Below, one piece after another: positions 44,739 to 54,949 of a stretch of 64,000 nt of DNA (its first letter is position 1; each line of letters opens with the position of its first letter). Origin of the DNA: Pseudomonadota bacterium. GTDB taxonomy: Bacteria > Pseudomonadota > Alphaproteobacteria > Acetobacterales > Acetobacteraceae. The stretch spans positions 1,251-65,250 of the forward strand of contig JAFEFJ010000002.1 of assembly GCA_018240635.1 (NCBI GenBank). Reading direction: 5' to 3'. Under the pieces are notes generated by a model that saw nothing but the letters and a program-made list of their open reading frames with translations, ran no database searches and was not told the origin of the DNA. The position numbers and the translations under genes are program-made.

Positions 44739-45024
44739 GCGACGCTCCGGAACGACCTAAAATATAGGAGGGGTTAAAAGCCGACCGGCGACCCCCTCTG
44801 CCGCGGAACGCCTATGGCACGATTGGGATCGAGCGTCTAGGTGATCTCGAAACTGAGACTGTTGCCGATGCGATCACGAAATGCGGAAATCCGCTCGGCC
44901 AAGCATGACGGGACGGCGGCAACCCGCGGGACTCTCGGAACGCTCCCCGCTCGCCTATGATGGCTCCGACATGCGGGCGCATTCAGACCCGCGAAGCCTT
45001 CTCGCGGGCACGGGGATTTGGTCG

Positions 45025-46035
45025 ATGCACCGTCTGTTGCATGAGGAGCACGCGGCCGACGCGGTGGCCGTCTCCACCGGGCGGCTGCCCGCCGCCGATG
45101 CCGTCGCAGCGCTGGTCCGTGAGGGACACGAACGATATCGGGGCGTGCGCGACGGCGCTGTGGCCGACTACATCCCCGCCTTGGCGGCGGCCGATCCGGC
45201 GTGGTTCGGCGTGGCGCTCTGCGGCGTCGATGGCGGGTTGTTCGCGGCCGGCGATGCGGACCGGGTGTTCTCGATCCAGTCGATCTCCAAGCCGTTCGTG
45301 TTCGCGCTCGTCTGCCAGGCTCTCGGCGGCGGGCGCGCACGCGACAGCATCGGGGTCAACGCGACCGGCCTTCCGTTCAACTCCGTAATGGCGATCGAAC
45401 TGAACGCGCGCCGTACGATGAACCCGATGGTCAACGCCGGCGCGATCGCCACCACCAGCCTGATTCCCGGCGCGAACGAGGACGAACGGTGGGATTTCCT
45501 GTGCGACGGCCTCTCGCGCTTCGCGGGCCGGACGCTGGCGATGGACCAGGGCGTCTATGAGTCGGAGGCTGCGAGCAATCAGCGCAACCGTGGCATCGCG
45601 CGCCTGCTGCACGGCTATGGCCGCATGTATTCCGATCCCGACGAGGCGACCGATCTCTACACGCGGCAATGTGCGCTGATGGTCAGCGCACGGGATCTCG
45701 CCGTCATGGGCGCCACGCTTGCCGATGGCGGGGTCAACCCCGTCACCGGCCTTCGCGTGCTCTATCCGGATCGCTGCAGGCGTATCCTGGCGGTGATGGC
45801 GACGGCCGGGCTTTATGAGCAGTCGGGCGACTGGCTCTACGAAGTGGGGCTGCCCGGCAAGAGCGGTGTGTCCGGCGGCCTGGTCACGATCGCGCCCGGC
45901 AAATGCGGCCTGGGCACTTTCGCCCCGCCTCTCGACGATGCGGGCAACAGCGTGCGCGGGCAGCTCGTCACACAGTTTCTTTCGGAACGGCTTGGCCTGA
46001 ATATCTTCGCGTCGAAGCCCGAAGATACGGGTTGA
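45025..46035 (+). CDS. glsA: Glutaminase A
   Basis: ...DYIPALAAADPAWFGVALCGVDGGLFAAGDADRVFSIQSISKPFVFAL...MNPMVNAGAI...GLPGKSGVSGG..., beta-lactamase-fold glutaminase motifs. The start could also be 44971 or 44881. Confidence 0.85.
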   Translation: MHRLLHEEHAADAVAVSTGRLPAADAVAALVREGHERYRGVRDGAVADYIPALAAADPAWFGVALCGVDGGLFAAGDADRVFSIQSISKPFVFALVCQALGGGRARDSIGVNATGLPFNSVMAIELNARRTMNPMVNAGAIATTSLIPGANEDERWDFLCDGLSRFAGRTLAMDQGVYESEAASNQRNRGIARLLHGYGRMYSDPDEATDLYTRQCALMVSARDLAVMGATLADGGVNPVTGLRVLYPDRCRRILAVMATAGLYEQSGDWLYEVGLPGKSGVSGGLVTIAPGKCGLGTFAPPLDDAGNSVRGQLVTQFLSERLGLNIFASKPEDTG

Positions 46036-46061
46036 CGATCCGCGCAGGGCAGGGAAGCCCC

Positions 46062-47045
46062 ATGACCTCCAGAATTCCGCGTCTGCTCGTGCTGTCGTTG
46101 GGCGGAACCATCACGATGGTCCCACAAGCCTCGGGCGGCATCGTTCCGGTGCTCGGCGCCGCCGACCTGATCGCATCGATCCCGGCGCTCGCCGGGCTCG
46201 CCGAAATCGAAACGGAATCGCCCGCTCGCGTGCCCAGCGCATCGCTCGACCCCGCCACGATGGCGGGCGTCGCGATCCGCATTCATGCCGCGTTCGCTGC
46301 CGGTTTCGATGGCGCGGTCGTGATTCAAGGCACCGACACGATCGAGGAATCCGCCTTCCTGCTCGACCTTCTGGTGAACGGCGATCGCCCGGTCGTCGTC
46401 ACGGGCGCGATGCGGGGCGCGGAAGCGGCGGGCGCCGACGGGCCGGCCAATCTGTTCGCAGCGGTGCGCGTCGCCGCTAGCGAGGAGGCCTGCGGCCTCG
46501 GCGCACTGGTCGTCCTCAACGACGAGATCCACGCCGCACGCCTCGTCCAGAAAGGGCACACCGCGCTGCCCTCCGCGTTCCGCTCGCCGCTTGCCGGGCC
46601 GGTGGGCGCGGTCGTCGAGGGACGCCCGCGGATCTGGGCGCGCCCGCCGCGGATGCCGCGTTTCCCTGCCGCGCTTGGCGCGCCGCCGCCCGTGGCTCTC
46701 ATCCGCTGGGCGATGGGCGAGGACGGGCGGCTTCTCGGTGCCCTCGCGGGCCTTGGCTATGCCGGGGCCGTGATCGAGGGCATGGGCGCGGGGCATGTCC
46801 CCGCGGCGGCAGTGGACGCGGTGGCCGCACTGGCGCGGCAGATGCCGGTTGTTCTCGCGTCCCGCTGCGATACCGGCCCGGTCTTCACCCGCACCTACGG
46901 TTATGCGGGCGGCGAGATCGACCTGATCCGACGGGGCGCGGTGCCGGGCGGAATGCTGTCGGGACCGAAGGCGCGGCTGCTGCTGGGATTGGCACTGCGG
47001 GAATCCGGCGCGAACATCGCGGACTGCTTCGCGCCGTACTCGTAG
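46062..47045 (+). CDS. L-asparaginase (type I/plant-bacterial family)
   Basis: MTSRIPRLLVLSLGGTITM... and VVIQGTDTIEESAF... asparaginase active-site motifs. 26 nt downstream of glsA. Confidence 0.85.
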   Translation: MTSRIPRLLVLSLGGTITMVPQASGGIVPVLGAADLIASIPALAGLAEIETESPARVPSASLDPATMAGVAIRIHAAFAAGFDGAVVIQGTDTIEESAFLLDLLVNGDRPVVVTGAMRGAEAAGADGPANLFAAVRVAASEEACGLGALVVLNDEIHAARLVQKGHTALPSAFRSPLAGPVGAVVEGRPRIWARPPRMPRFPAALGAPPPVALIRWAMGEDGRLLGALAGLGYAGAVIEGMGAGHVPAAAVDAVAALARQMPVVLASRCDTGPVFTRTYGYAGGEIDLIRRGAVPGGMLSGPKARLLLGLALRESGANIADCFAPYS

Positions 47046-47076
47046 GCTGCGGCGGCGCTCGGGGGGGAGGAGAGAC

Positions 47077-47904
47077 ATGACCTACAACACGATCACGGTC
47101 GATCGGGTCACGCCGCATCTTGGCGCCATGATCTCGGGCGTGGACATCACCGGCCCCCTGAGCAACAGCCAGGTCGAGGAGCTGCACAAGGCGCTCGCGG
47201 ATCACCTCGTGCTGTTCTTCCGCGACCAGCGCTTCACGCCGGACAGCCAGAAGCGGTTCGGGCGCCTGTTCGGCGAGCTTCACACCCATCCGAACACGCC
47301 CGGTATCCCGGGCCATCCGGAAGTCATGCCGATCCATGCCGACGCCAATTCCAAGCGCGTCGCGGGCGAGTGGTGGCATTCAGATGTGTCGTGCGATCCG
47401 GAGCCGCCGCTCGGCAGCATCCTCTACCTGCACACGGTCCCGCCCTGCGGCGGCGACACGCTGTTCGCGAGCATGTATGCCGCGTACGACGCGCTGTCGC
47501 CGCGCATGAAGGCGTATCTCGACGGCCTCACCGCCTTCCACTCCGGCGAGCGCCTGTACCGGCGCACCAACCGCCTGCTCAACATCGACGACACCGGGCG
47601 CGTCTTTCCCAGCGCCGTCCATCCCGTTGTGCGGACGCATCCCGTCACCGGGCGCAAGGCGCTGTTCGTCAACCGCACCTTCACCTACCGGATCAATGAG
47701 CTGCCCGACGACGAATCCGATGGCGTCCTGAGCTTTCTCTACGACCATGCCGAGAAGCCGGACTTTCAGGTCCGCTTCCGATGGGAACCACATTCGGTCG
47801 CGTTCTGGGACAATCGCTCGGCGCAGCACCTCGCAATCTGGGACTACTTCCCCCAGGTCCGGTCCGGCATGCGCGTCACGATCAAGGGCGACGCGCCGTA
47901 TTGA
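47077..47904 (+). CDS. tauD: Taurine/alpha-ketoglutarate dioxygenase (TauD/TfdA family)
   Basis: 275 aa with an HxD motif (WHSDVS), ...PPLGSILYLHTVPPCGGDTLFASM... and ...WDNRSAQH..., typical TauD. Confidence 0.85.
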   Translation: MTYNTITVDRVTPHLGAMISGVDITGPLSNSQVEELHKALADHLVLFFRDQRFTPDSQKRFGRLFGELHTHPNTPGIPGHPEVMPIHADANSKRVAGEWWHSDVSCDPEPPLGSILYLHTVPPCGGDTLFASMYAAYDALSPRMKAYLDGLTAFHSGERLYRRTNRLLNIDDTGRVFPSAVHPVVRTHPVTGRKALFVNRTFTYRINELPDDESDGVLSFLYDHAEKPDFQVRFRWEPHSVAFWDNRSAQHLAIWDYFPQVRSGMRVTIKGDAPY

Positions 47905-47916
47905 CGGAAGCGGCCC

Positions 47917-50900
47917 TTATTCCATCGCCATCAGGCTCGCATTGCCGCCCGCCGCGGCGGTGTTGATGGAGGTCGAGACCTCGTCCAGCAGCCATTCCAG
48001 GCGATAGGACCCGTCGGCATCCGCGACATGCACGGGGACGACGCCCCCGGGAAGCGCCGCGATCCGCTGCATTGCGTCCAGGATGCGCTCCTGCGCGCCC
48101 TCGATCAGCGCGGCGGCGAACGGACCATCGTTCGTCCACGCATCGCTCAATCGGACGCGGCTTTCCAGCGCCATGGGTGGATCGCGCAGCCATGACCATG
48201 CGCCGCTTGCGCCGTCGATCACCGCCTCGTTTCCTGTCGCCAGCACGGCCGCGAGCTGCCGGAACAGGCCTTGCGCCGTACTCGGCAGCAGGAGAACCCG
48301 ACCGCGCGGCCTCAGCGCGTACCGGTTGAGTTCGCCCACGGGCCCTCTCAGTTCCTGCACGAGACCCAGCGGCGAGCGGTCAGCGGTTTCGCGTGCCTCG
48401 GCGGCGGACGCGGTCTCGCCGCGCGCCGCCAGCCAGCCTGCGAATGCCGCCGCGGCCGCCTCGCATCCGCCCGTTGCCGCGGCCAGCGGCGGCGGTTGCT
48501 GCATCAGCCGGCCGAGATACAGCGGTCCGCCCGCTTTCGGTCCCGTCCCGGACAGTCCCCGGCCGCCGAAAGGCTGCACGCCGACCACGGCGCCGATCAC
48601 GTTGCGGTTGACGTAGAGATTGCCCGCCTCCATTGCGCCGGTGATCCGCTCGATGGTTTCATCCAGCCGCGTGTGCAGGCCGAAGGTCAGTCCGTAGCCG
48701 GTGGCGTTGATCTCGGCGATCAGGCGGTCGAGGGCGCTCCGGCGATAGCGCAGCACATGCAGCACCGGGCCGAACACTTCGCGCGTCACATCGCCGATGC
48801 GCCCGATCTCGATGATCGTTGGCGGCACGAAGGTTCCGTGGGCGACGCCTTCCTGGCGGCCCAGGCCTTCGACCGCGAAGCCCGCGCGCGCCATCGCCTC
48901 GATATGCGCCTCGATCGACCGCTGCGCCTCGGCACTGATCACCGGACCGACATCCACCGAAATCCGGTCCGGCCGCCCGACGCGCAACTCCCGCGCAGCA
49001 CCCTTGAGCATCGCCAGCACGCGGTCGGCGACATCGTCCTGAAGGCAGAGGATGCGCAATGCCGAGCATCTCTGGCCCGCGCTGTCGAAGGCGGACGCGA
49101 TTACGTCCGCGACGACCTGCTCGGCCAGAGCGGAGGAATCCACGATCATCGCATTCAGGCCGCCGGTTTCCGCGATGAACGGAATTGGTCGCCCCCTTGG
49201 CGAAAGCCGGGTCGCGAGACGCCGCTGGATCGATTTCGCCACCTCGGTCGAGCCGGTGAACATTACCCCGGCGATCTCGGGGGCAGCGGTCAGCGCGGCG
49301 CCAATCGCGCCGTCACCGGGCAGAAGCTGCAGCGCCGTCCGCGGCACGCCGGCGTCGTGCAGCAGGCGCACCGCCTCTGCCGCGATCAGCGGCGTTTCCT
49401 CGGCGGGCTTCGCCAGGACGGCATTGCCCGCGGCTAGGGCGGCCGCGACCTGTCCGGTGAAGATTGCGAGCGGAAAATTCCAGGGCGAGACGCAGGCCAC
49501 GGGCCCGAGCGGCGCAGCCTCGGCGCCGTCCAGCATGGTTCGGGCGCGCTCCGCATAGTAACGAAGAAAATCAATGGCCTCTCGCACTTCCGAGATCGCA
49601 TTCGGCGCGGACTTGCCCGCTTCCCGGACGATCAGCCCCATCAGCAGCGGCATCCGCTCCTGCATGGCATCGCCCGCGGCTTGCAGCATCGCAGCCCGCT
49701 CCGAGGTGGGCACCGCCGCCCAGGCCGCTTGCGCGGCGGCGGCGGTCGCGCACGCATCCGCAACCGATCGCGGCGCGATCTCGGTCACTTCTCCGACGAT
49801 GTCGCGATGATCCGCCGGGTTCCTGACGGGCCGCGCACCGCATCCGCCCGAGGCATCCGGTGGTGCAGCGCGCCAGGCGATCGCCGTCGATCGCTGCAGC
49901 GCATCGGCAAGCGCGCCCAGCGCCGCTTCGTCCGAGAGGTCGAGTCCCGCAGAGTTCCGTCGACCGCCATAGATGTCGGCGGGCAGCGGGATGCTCGGAT
50001 GCGGCGTGCCGGGAACCGGGACCGCCGCCGCCACGGCTGCAGGGTCCGCCGTCAGGTCGGCGATGGAAAGCCGCGGGTCCGAGACGCGATTGACGAAGGA
50101 GGAGTTGGCGCCGTTCTCCAGCAGGCGACGCACCAGATACGCCAGCAGCGTCTCGTGCGTGCCGACCGGCGCGTAGATCCGGCAGGGACGATCGAGGCGG
50201 TCCGCGCCGACAACTTCCTCGTAGAGCGGCTCGCCCATGCCGTGCAGGCATTGAAACTCGAAATCGCCAGGCCGGAACTGCGATCCGGCGAGGTGATACA
50301 CGGTCGCCAGCGTCTGTGCGTTGTGGGTGGCAAACTGCGGGAACACGGCGTCGCGCGCATCGAGCAGCTTGCGCGCGCAGGCTATGAACGACACGTCGGT
50401 GTGCACCTTCCTGGTGAACACCGGATAGTCGGCCAGACCGTCGATCTGCGCGCGCTTGATCTCTGCGTCCCAGTAGGCGCCCTTCACCAGCCGGATCATC
50501 AGCCGGTGGCCAGAGCGGCGCGCGAGGTCGATCAGGAAGTCGAGCACATAGGGGCAGCGTTTGCCGTACGCCTGCACCACGAACCCGAGCCCGTCCCACC
50601 CGCCCAGTTCCGGATCGGCGCAGAGCCGTTCCAGGAGGTCGAGCGACAGCCCCAGACGGTCGGCTTCCTCGGCGTCGATGTTCACGCCGATGTCGTATCG
50701 CTTCGCGAGCGCGCAGAGCGCCGCGACGCGGGGAAGCAACTCGCGCAGCACCCTGTCGCCCTGGCTTCTCGAATAGCGCGGATGCAAGGCGGACAGCTTG
50801 ATGGAGATGCCGGGTCCGTCGGACACGCCGCGCCCGCCGGAGGCGGCGCCGATGGCGTGGATGGCCACTTCGTAGTCGGCAAAATAGCGCGCGGCATCGT

Positions 50901-51579
50901 CCGCCGTCATCGCCGCCTCGCCCAGCATGTCGTATGAGTACCGGAATCCTCGTGCCTCCTGCCGGCGGGCGCGGCGCAGCGCTTCCTCGATCGTCTCGCC
51001 GATCACGAACTGCTCGCCCATCATCCGCATGGCCAGATCCATGCCGCGGCGGATCACCGGCTCGCCGCAGCGGGCGATCAGGCGGGTCAGGGCAGCGCCC
51101 AGGCCGGTTTCGTTGACCGATCCGGTCAGCTTCCCGGTCATCACCAATCCCCAGGTCGTCGCATTGACGAACACCGACCGCCCGCCGCCGATATGCGCCT
51201 GCCAGTTGCCCTGCGCGACCTTGTCGCGGATCAGCGCGCCGCGCGTCGGCAGGTCCGGGATGCGCAGCAACGCCTCTGCCAGGCACATCAGCGCGACGCC
51301 CTCCTGGCTCGACAGCGAGTACTCGTGAATCAGTCCCTCCACCCCGCCGCCGCTTCGCTTGCTCCTCAAGGCGCCGACCAGCCGTGCCGCGGTGCGCTCG
51401 ATCGCGCCCGCCATGTCGGATTCCGCGGTGGCCGCCGCCAGCAGCGGCGGCAGGCATGCTTGCTCGGGCCGGCGGTAGGCGGCGGTGATCGCGCCGCGGA
51501 AGGCGCTCGGCTGCCCCAACAGCGGCGCGAACGCCGCGAACATTGGGGCATCGGCTGCACCGTGGGGGATATGGGCCAT
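47917..51579 (-). CDS. putA: Bifunctional proline dehydrogenase / L-glutamate gamma-semialdehyde dehydrogenase
   Basis: 1220 aa. PRODH barrel region (...SYDMLGEAA...), ALDH domain (...FTGSTEVAK... and ...GQRCSALR...) and a C-terminal extension. No obvious N-terminal ribbon-helix-helix. Confidence 0.95.
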   Translation of the reverse strand: MAHIPHGAADAPMFAAFAPLLGQPSAFRGAITAAYRRPEQACLPPLLAAATAESDMAGAIERTAARLVGALRSKRSGGGVEGLIHEYSLSSQEGVALMCLAEALLRIPDLPTRGALIRDKVAQGNWQAHIGGGRSVFVNATTWGLVMTGKLTGSVNETGLGAALTRLIARCGEPVIRRGMDLAMRMMGEQFVIGETIEEALRRARRQEARGFRYSYDMLGEAAMTADDAARYFADYEVAIHAIGAASGGRGVSDGPGISIKLSALHPRYSRSQGDRVLRELLPRVAALCALAKRYDIGVNIDAEEADRLGLSLDLLERLCADPELGGWDGLGFVVQAYGKRCPYVLDFLIDLARRSGHRLMIRLVKGAYWDAEIKRAQIDGLADYPVFTRKVHTDVSFIACARKLLDARDAVFPQFATHNAQTLATVYHLAGSQFRPGDFEFQCLHGMGEPLYEEVVGADRLDRPCRIYAPVGTHETLLAYLVRRLLENGANSSFVNRVSDPRLSIADLTADPAAVAAAVPVPGTPHPSIPLPADIYGGRRNSAGLDLSDEAALGALADALQRSTAIAWRAAPPDASGGCGARPVRNPADHRDIVGEVTEIAPRSVADACATAAAAQAAWAAVPTSERAAMLQAAGDAMQERMPLLMGLIVREAGKSAPNAISEVREAIDFLRYYAERARTMLDGAEAAPLGPVACVSPWNFPLAIFTGQVAAALAAGNAVLAKPAEETPLIAAEAVRLLHDAGVPRTALQLLPGDGAIGAALTAAPEIAGVMFTGSTEVAKSIQRRLATRLSPRGRPIPFIAETGGLNAMIVDSSALAEQVVADVIASAFDSAGQRCSALRILCLQDDVADRVLAMLKGAARELRVGRPDRISVDVGPVISAEAQRSIEAHIEAMARAGFAVEGLGRQEGVAHGTFVPPTIIEIGRIGDVTREVFGPVLHVLRYRRSALDRLIAEINATGYGLTFGLHTRLDETIERITGAMEAGNLYVNRNVIGAVVGVQPFGGRGLSGTGPKAGGPLYLGRLMQQPPPLAAATGGCEAAAAAFAGWLAARGETASAAEARETADRSPLGLVQELRGPVGELNRYALRPRGRVLLLPSTAQGLFRQLAAVLATGNEAVIDGASGAWSWLRDPPMALESRVRLSDAWTNDGPFAAALIEGAQERILDAMQRIAALPGGVVPVHVADADGSYRLEWLLDEVSTSINTAAAGGNASLMAME

Positions 51580-51792
51580 TCATTGCCTCCGCATGCGGGC
51601 CGGACCGATTAGATCATCGCGATCATAGGCGGCTGATGCGCGACATTTGAGCATTCCGATGCTGCGCGCCCGGGGCCTGCCGTTCCCGGGTCACCTTGAC
51701 GGCCTTCATGCCATCGCTCAGAGATTTGCCGCCGAGAGATCTGACGGCAAAACGGTGTGGCAACGCGTCCGTTGTGGGACAGGGAAGAAATC

Positions 51793-53055
51793 ATGACCAA
51801 GACCGATCAACGCATCACGCTGCGGCGCCGGCCCCTCCTCGCGGGCGCAGCCGCCGCGTTGGCGACCCCCTTCGTCGCGCGCGCTCAGGGCACCGCCAAA
51901 TCCGGCACCGTCAAGGTGGGCATGCCCACCATCCTGTCCGGCGCCATCGCGCTGCTCGGCACCTCGCAGCGCAACGCGGCGGAGATGGAGATCGAGCGCA
52001 TCAATGCCGCCGGCGGCCTCGCGGGGCGAAAGATCGAGCTGGTCGTCCGCGATTCGAAGGGCCAGCCGCAGGAAGCCGCGCGTGTCGTCCGCGAGCTGGT
52101 GAACACCGACGGCTGCGAGATCATCATGGACGCCGAAGCCTCCTCGGCGGCCTTCGCCGTGCAGGAAGTCATCCGCGACCTCGGCGTCCTGTGCATCCAC
52201 ACGTCCAGCGAGACCTCCTCGCTGACGGCAGACCCCAAGCTGCGCGTCGCGACCGCCTTCCGCTGCGCGCGCCAGGGCGTGCATGACAGCATCGTCGGCG
52301 GCTCCTACGCGGCCAAGGTTGCCGATGCAAAGAAGTGGACGAAGTGGGCGACGTGCTCGCCGGACTACGCCTACGGCCACGATACCACCACGCAGTTCCT
52401 CGATTTCTTCAAGCACTTCAAGCCGGACGTGGAGATCATCACGCAGGCCTGGCCGAAGCTCGGCGCGCCCGACTTTACGGAAGTCATCACTAAGCTGATC
52501 CAGGCCAAGCCGCAGGCGCTGTTCAGCCTGCTCTACGCGGGCGATCTCTCGGCGTTCATCAACCAGGCGAACGTCTATGCCCTGTTCTCGAACATGGCGA
52601 TGTTCGACCCGAACATGGGCGACTATCCCGTGCTGACGGCGGTGAAGTCGCTGCCCGCAGGCATCTACTCGGGCACGCGCTACCTGGAGAACTTCCCGGA
52701 CCTGCCCGCCAACGCGGCCTGGGGCGAGGCGTACCGCAAGCGCTTCAACCAGTTCCCCACCAACTGGTCCTGGCAGAACTCCACCGCCTGGATGCTCGCC
52801 GAGGCCGCCGCCAAGAAGGCGGGCAGCCTGGATGCGAAGAAGATGTCGGAGGCACTGACCGGCCTGACGATCGACTGCCCCTTCGGCGTCGGCGGCAAGG
52901 TGACGATGCGCGACGACCACACGCTCGTGAACTACGCTGTCGGCTGGGGCCGCACCACGCCGAAGATGCCCTACGTTATCGACATCGAAGCGGGCGACTG
53001 GAAGCAGCTCTACGAGCTCGAGGCCGCCTGGAAGAAGCAGATGAACTACACCTGA
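51793..53055 (+). CDS. ABC transporter periplasmic substrate-binding protein (Leu/Ile/Val-binding-like family)
   Basis: From ATG 51793 (AGGGAAG SD): MTKTDQRITLRRRPLLAGAAAALATPFVARAQG signal, then ...VKVGMPTILSGAIALLG...INAAGGLAGRKIELVVRDSKG... Confidence 0.85.
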   Translation: MTKTDQRITLRRRPLLAGAAAALATPFVARAQGTAKSGTVKVGMPTILSGAIALLGTSQRNAAEMEIERINAAGGLAGRKIELVVRDSKGQPQEAARVVRELVNTDGCEIIMDAEASSAAFAVQEVIRDLGVLCIHTSSETSSLTADPKLRVATAFRCARQGVHDSIVGGSYAAKVADAKKWTKWATCSPDYAYGHDTTTQFLDFFKHFKPDVEIITQAWPKLGAPDFTEVITKLIQAKPQALFSLLYAGDLSAFINQANVYALFSNMAMFDPNMGDYPVLTAVKSLPAGIYSGTRYLENFPDLPANAAWGEAYRKRFNQFPTNWSWQNSTAWMLAEAAAKKAGSLDAKKMSEALTGLTIDCPFGVGGKVTMRDDHTLVNYAVGWGRTTPKMPYVIDIEAGDWKQLYELEAAWKKQMNYT

Positions 53056-53067
53056 TCGGGCGTCTCC

Positions 53068-53970
53068 GTGGACCTCGACGCGCTCGGCCGATGCGTGAGC
53101 ACGGCGTCCTGTCTGGTCACGCAGACGACCAGCGGGCTGATCGCCGGGCTTCTGCTGTTCCTGGTGGCGGCGGGGCTGACGCTGATCTTCGGCGTCCTGA
53201 AGGTGGTGAACTTCGCCCACGGCACGTTCTACATGCTGGGCGGATACATCGCCTTCACCACGCTGCAGGTCACCGAAAGCTATACGCTCGCGGTGCTTGC
53301 CGGCGGTGCCGCGATGGCGGTTTTCGGCATCTTCTTCGAGCGCGCGCTGATCGCGCGCGTGTATGGCCAGGACGTGCTGATGCAGCTTCTGGTCTGCTAC
53401 GCCGTCGTTCTGATCTTCGATGACCTGGTTAAGATGGTGTGGGGGGCGGACTTCCTCGCGATGGGGATGCCGCCCGCTTTCCAGGTGCCTCCGCTGTTCA
53501 TCGCCGGCGGCATCGTGCCGCCCTTCTACGCGGTGCTCATCGGCATCGCGCTCGTCATCGCGATCGCGCTCGCCGCCTCGCTGTCCGGCACACGCGCTGG
53601 CAAGACAGTACTCGCCGCCGCTCAGAATCCCACCATGGTCTCCGCTCTCGGCGTGAACACCGACCGGCTGTTCGCCGTGGTGTTCGCGATCGGCGCGGCG
53701 CTCGCTGGGCTCGGCGGCGCGCTCGCGGCGCCGGTGCGCTCGCTCACGCCGGGGATGGGATTTTCCGTCCTGATCGACAGCTTCATCGTCACCGTCATCG
53801 GCGGCATGGGTTCGATCGCGGGCGCGTTGCTAGCGTCCGTCGGCGTCGGGCTGATCCGCGGCTTCGGCACGATAGGCTTTCCCACCTTTACCGACGGCCT
53901 GATCTACGTCGCGATGATCATCGTGTTGCTGCTGCGTCCCACCGGCCTGTTCGGGCGCGAGGTGGTTTGA
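53068..53970 (+). CDS. livH: Branched-chain amino acid ABC transporter permease
   Basis: 300 aa, GTG start. ...GLIAGLLLFLVAAGLTLIFGVLKVVNFAHGTFYMLGGY..., LivH family. Confidence 0.85.
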   Translation: MDLDALGRCVSTASCLVTQTTSGLIAGLLLFLVAAGLTLIFGVLKVVNFAHGTFYMLGGYIAFTTLQVTESYTLAVLAGGAAMAVFGIFFERALIARVYGQDVLMQLLVCYAVVLIFDDLVKMVWGADFLAMGMPPAFQVPPLFIAGGIVPPFYAVLIGIALVIAIALAASLSGTRAGKTVLAAAQNPTMVSALGVNTDRLFAVVFAIGAALAGLGGALAAPVRSLTPGMGFSVLIDSFIVTVIGGMGSIAGALLASVGVGLIRGFGTIGFPTFTDGLIYVAMIIVLLLRPTGLFGREVV

Positions 53971-53971
53971 A

Positions 53972-54949
53972 ATGACGTCCGGCACAGCCATGCGCGACAT
54001 TGCGGTCGCGGCGGCGGCGCTCGCCATTCTGATCGCCGTGCCCTTCCTGGTCCACAGCCCTGCCTTCCTGGACTACATCATCCGCATCGCGGCGATGTCG
54101 CTCTTCGCGACGTCGCTCAACCTCCTGGTCGGCGGCACCGGGCTCGTGTCGTTCGGCCACGGCATGTTCTATGGCCTGGGCGCCTATGCCTTCGCCCTGC
54201 TGATGCAACGCACACAAATCTCGCTCGCGGCAGCGGCAGGTTGTTCGCTTGTGATAAGCGCCCTCGTGGGACTCGCGGTGGGCGCCGTGTGCATCCGGCT
54301 GCGGGCGATCTACTTCGCCTTCGTGACGCTTGCGATGCAGATGCTGTTCTACAGCATCATCATCACCTGGCAGAGCCTGACGGGCGGCGATCAGGGCCTG
54401 CAAGGCGGTATTCCCCGCCGCGTGCTGTTCGGCTTCGACCTGAACAGCCAGTTCCACCTCTACACCGTCAGCGCCGTCGTGATGGTCGTGGGCCTCCTGC
54501 TCCTGCGCCACGTCTCCGCAAGCCCGCTGGGCGCGACGCTGCGGATGATCCGCGACAACGAGCCGCGCACCGCCTTCCTGGGCGTGACCGTCTGGCGCGC
54601 CAAGCTGACCGCCTTTGTCATCGCGGGTGTATTCGCCTCGCTCGGCGGCATCCTCGCCGCCCTGTTCGTCTCCGGCGCCTATCCCGAACTCGCCAATTGG
54701 CCGATCTCCGGGCAGGCGATCTTCGCGGTGATGCTGGGAGGCGTCTCGACCTTCCTCGGCCCGCTGGCAGGCGCGGCGATCCTGCTTGCCCTGGGCGACG
54801 CGGTGACACGCTTCACCGAGTATAACGGCATGGTGCTGGGGCTCGTGATCCTGTTCGTCACGCTCGGCCTGCGCCGCGGCGTGCTGGACGTCTTGACCGA
54901 GGCGCTGCGGCGCAGGCGGACCGGACCGGCGGCGGGAGCGGCCGAATGA
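53972..54949 (+). CDS. livM: Branched-chain amino acid ABC transporter permease
   Basis: 325 aa. ...LFATSLNLLVGGTGLVSFGHGMFYGLGAY..., LivM family. Confidence 0.85.
   Translation: MTSGTAMRDIAVAAAALAILIAVPFLVHSPAFLDYIIRIAAMSLFATSLNLLVGGTGLVSFGHGMFYGLGAYAFALLMQRTQISLAAAAGCSLVISALVGLAVGAVCIRLRAIYFAFVTLAMQMLFYSIIITWQSLTGGDQGLQGGIPRRVLFGFDLNSQFHLYTVSAVVMVVGLLLLRHVSASPLGATLRMIRDNEPRTAFLGVTVWRAKLTAFVIAGVFASLGGILAALFVSGAYPELANWPISGQAIFAVMLGGVSTFLGPLAGAAILLALGDAVTRFTEYNGMVLGLVILFVTLGLRRGVLDVLTEALRRRRTGPAAGAAE

Noticed and set aside
37258-44880. Treating the accessory block as a horizontally acquired island or mobile element
   Set aside because: No integrase, transposase, tRNA, direct repeats or obvious compositional shift is visible by eye. 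Only short AT-richer promoter patches appear (for example 44757-44768). This cannot be claimed without computation.
44881-45024. Longer glutaminase starting at ATG 44881 or 44971
   Set aside because: The extra residues (MRKSARPSMTGRRQPAGLSERS...) are not glutaminase-like. Conserved sequence begins after Met at 45025. The start remains uncertain.
47917-51579. PutA as an unusual or novel form
   Set aside because: Long PutA proteins with a C-terminal domain and without the DNA-binding RHH domain are a known class. Nothing aberrant was seen.
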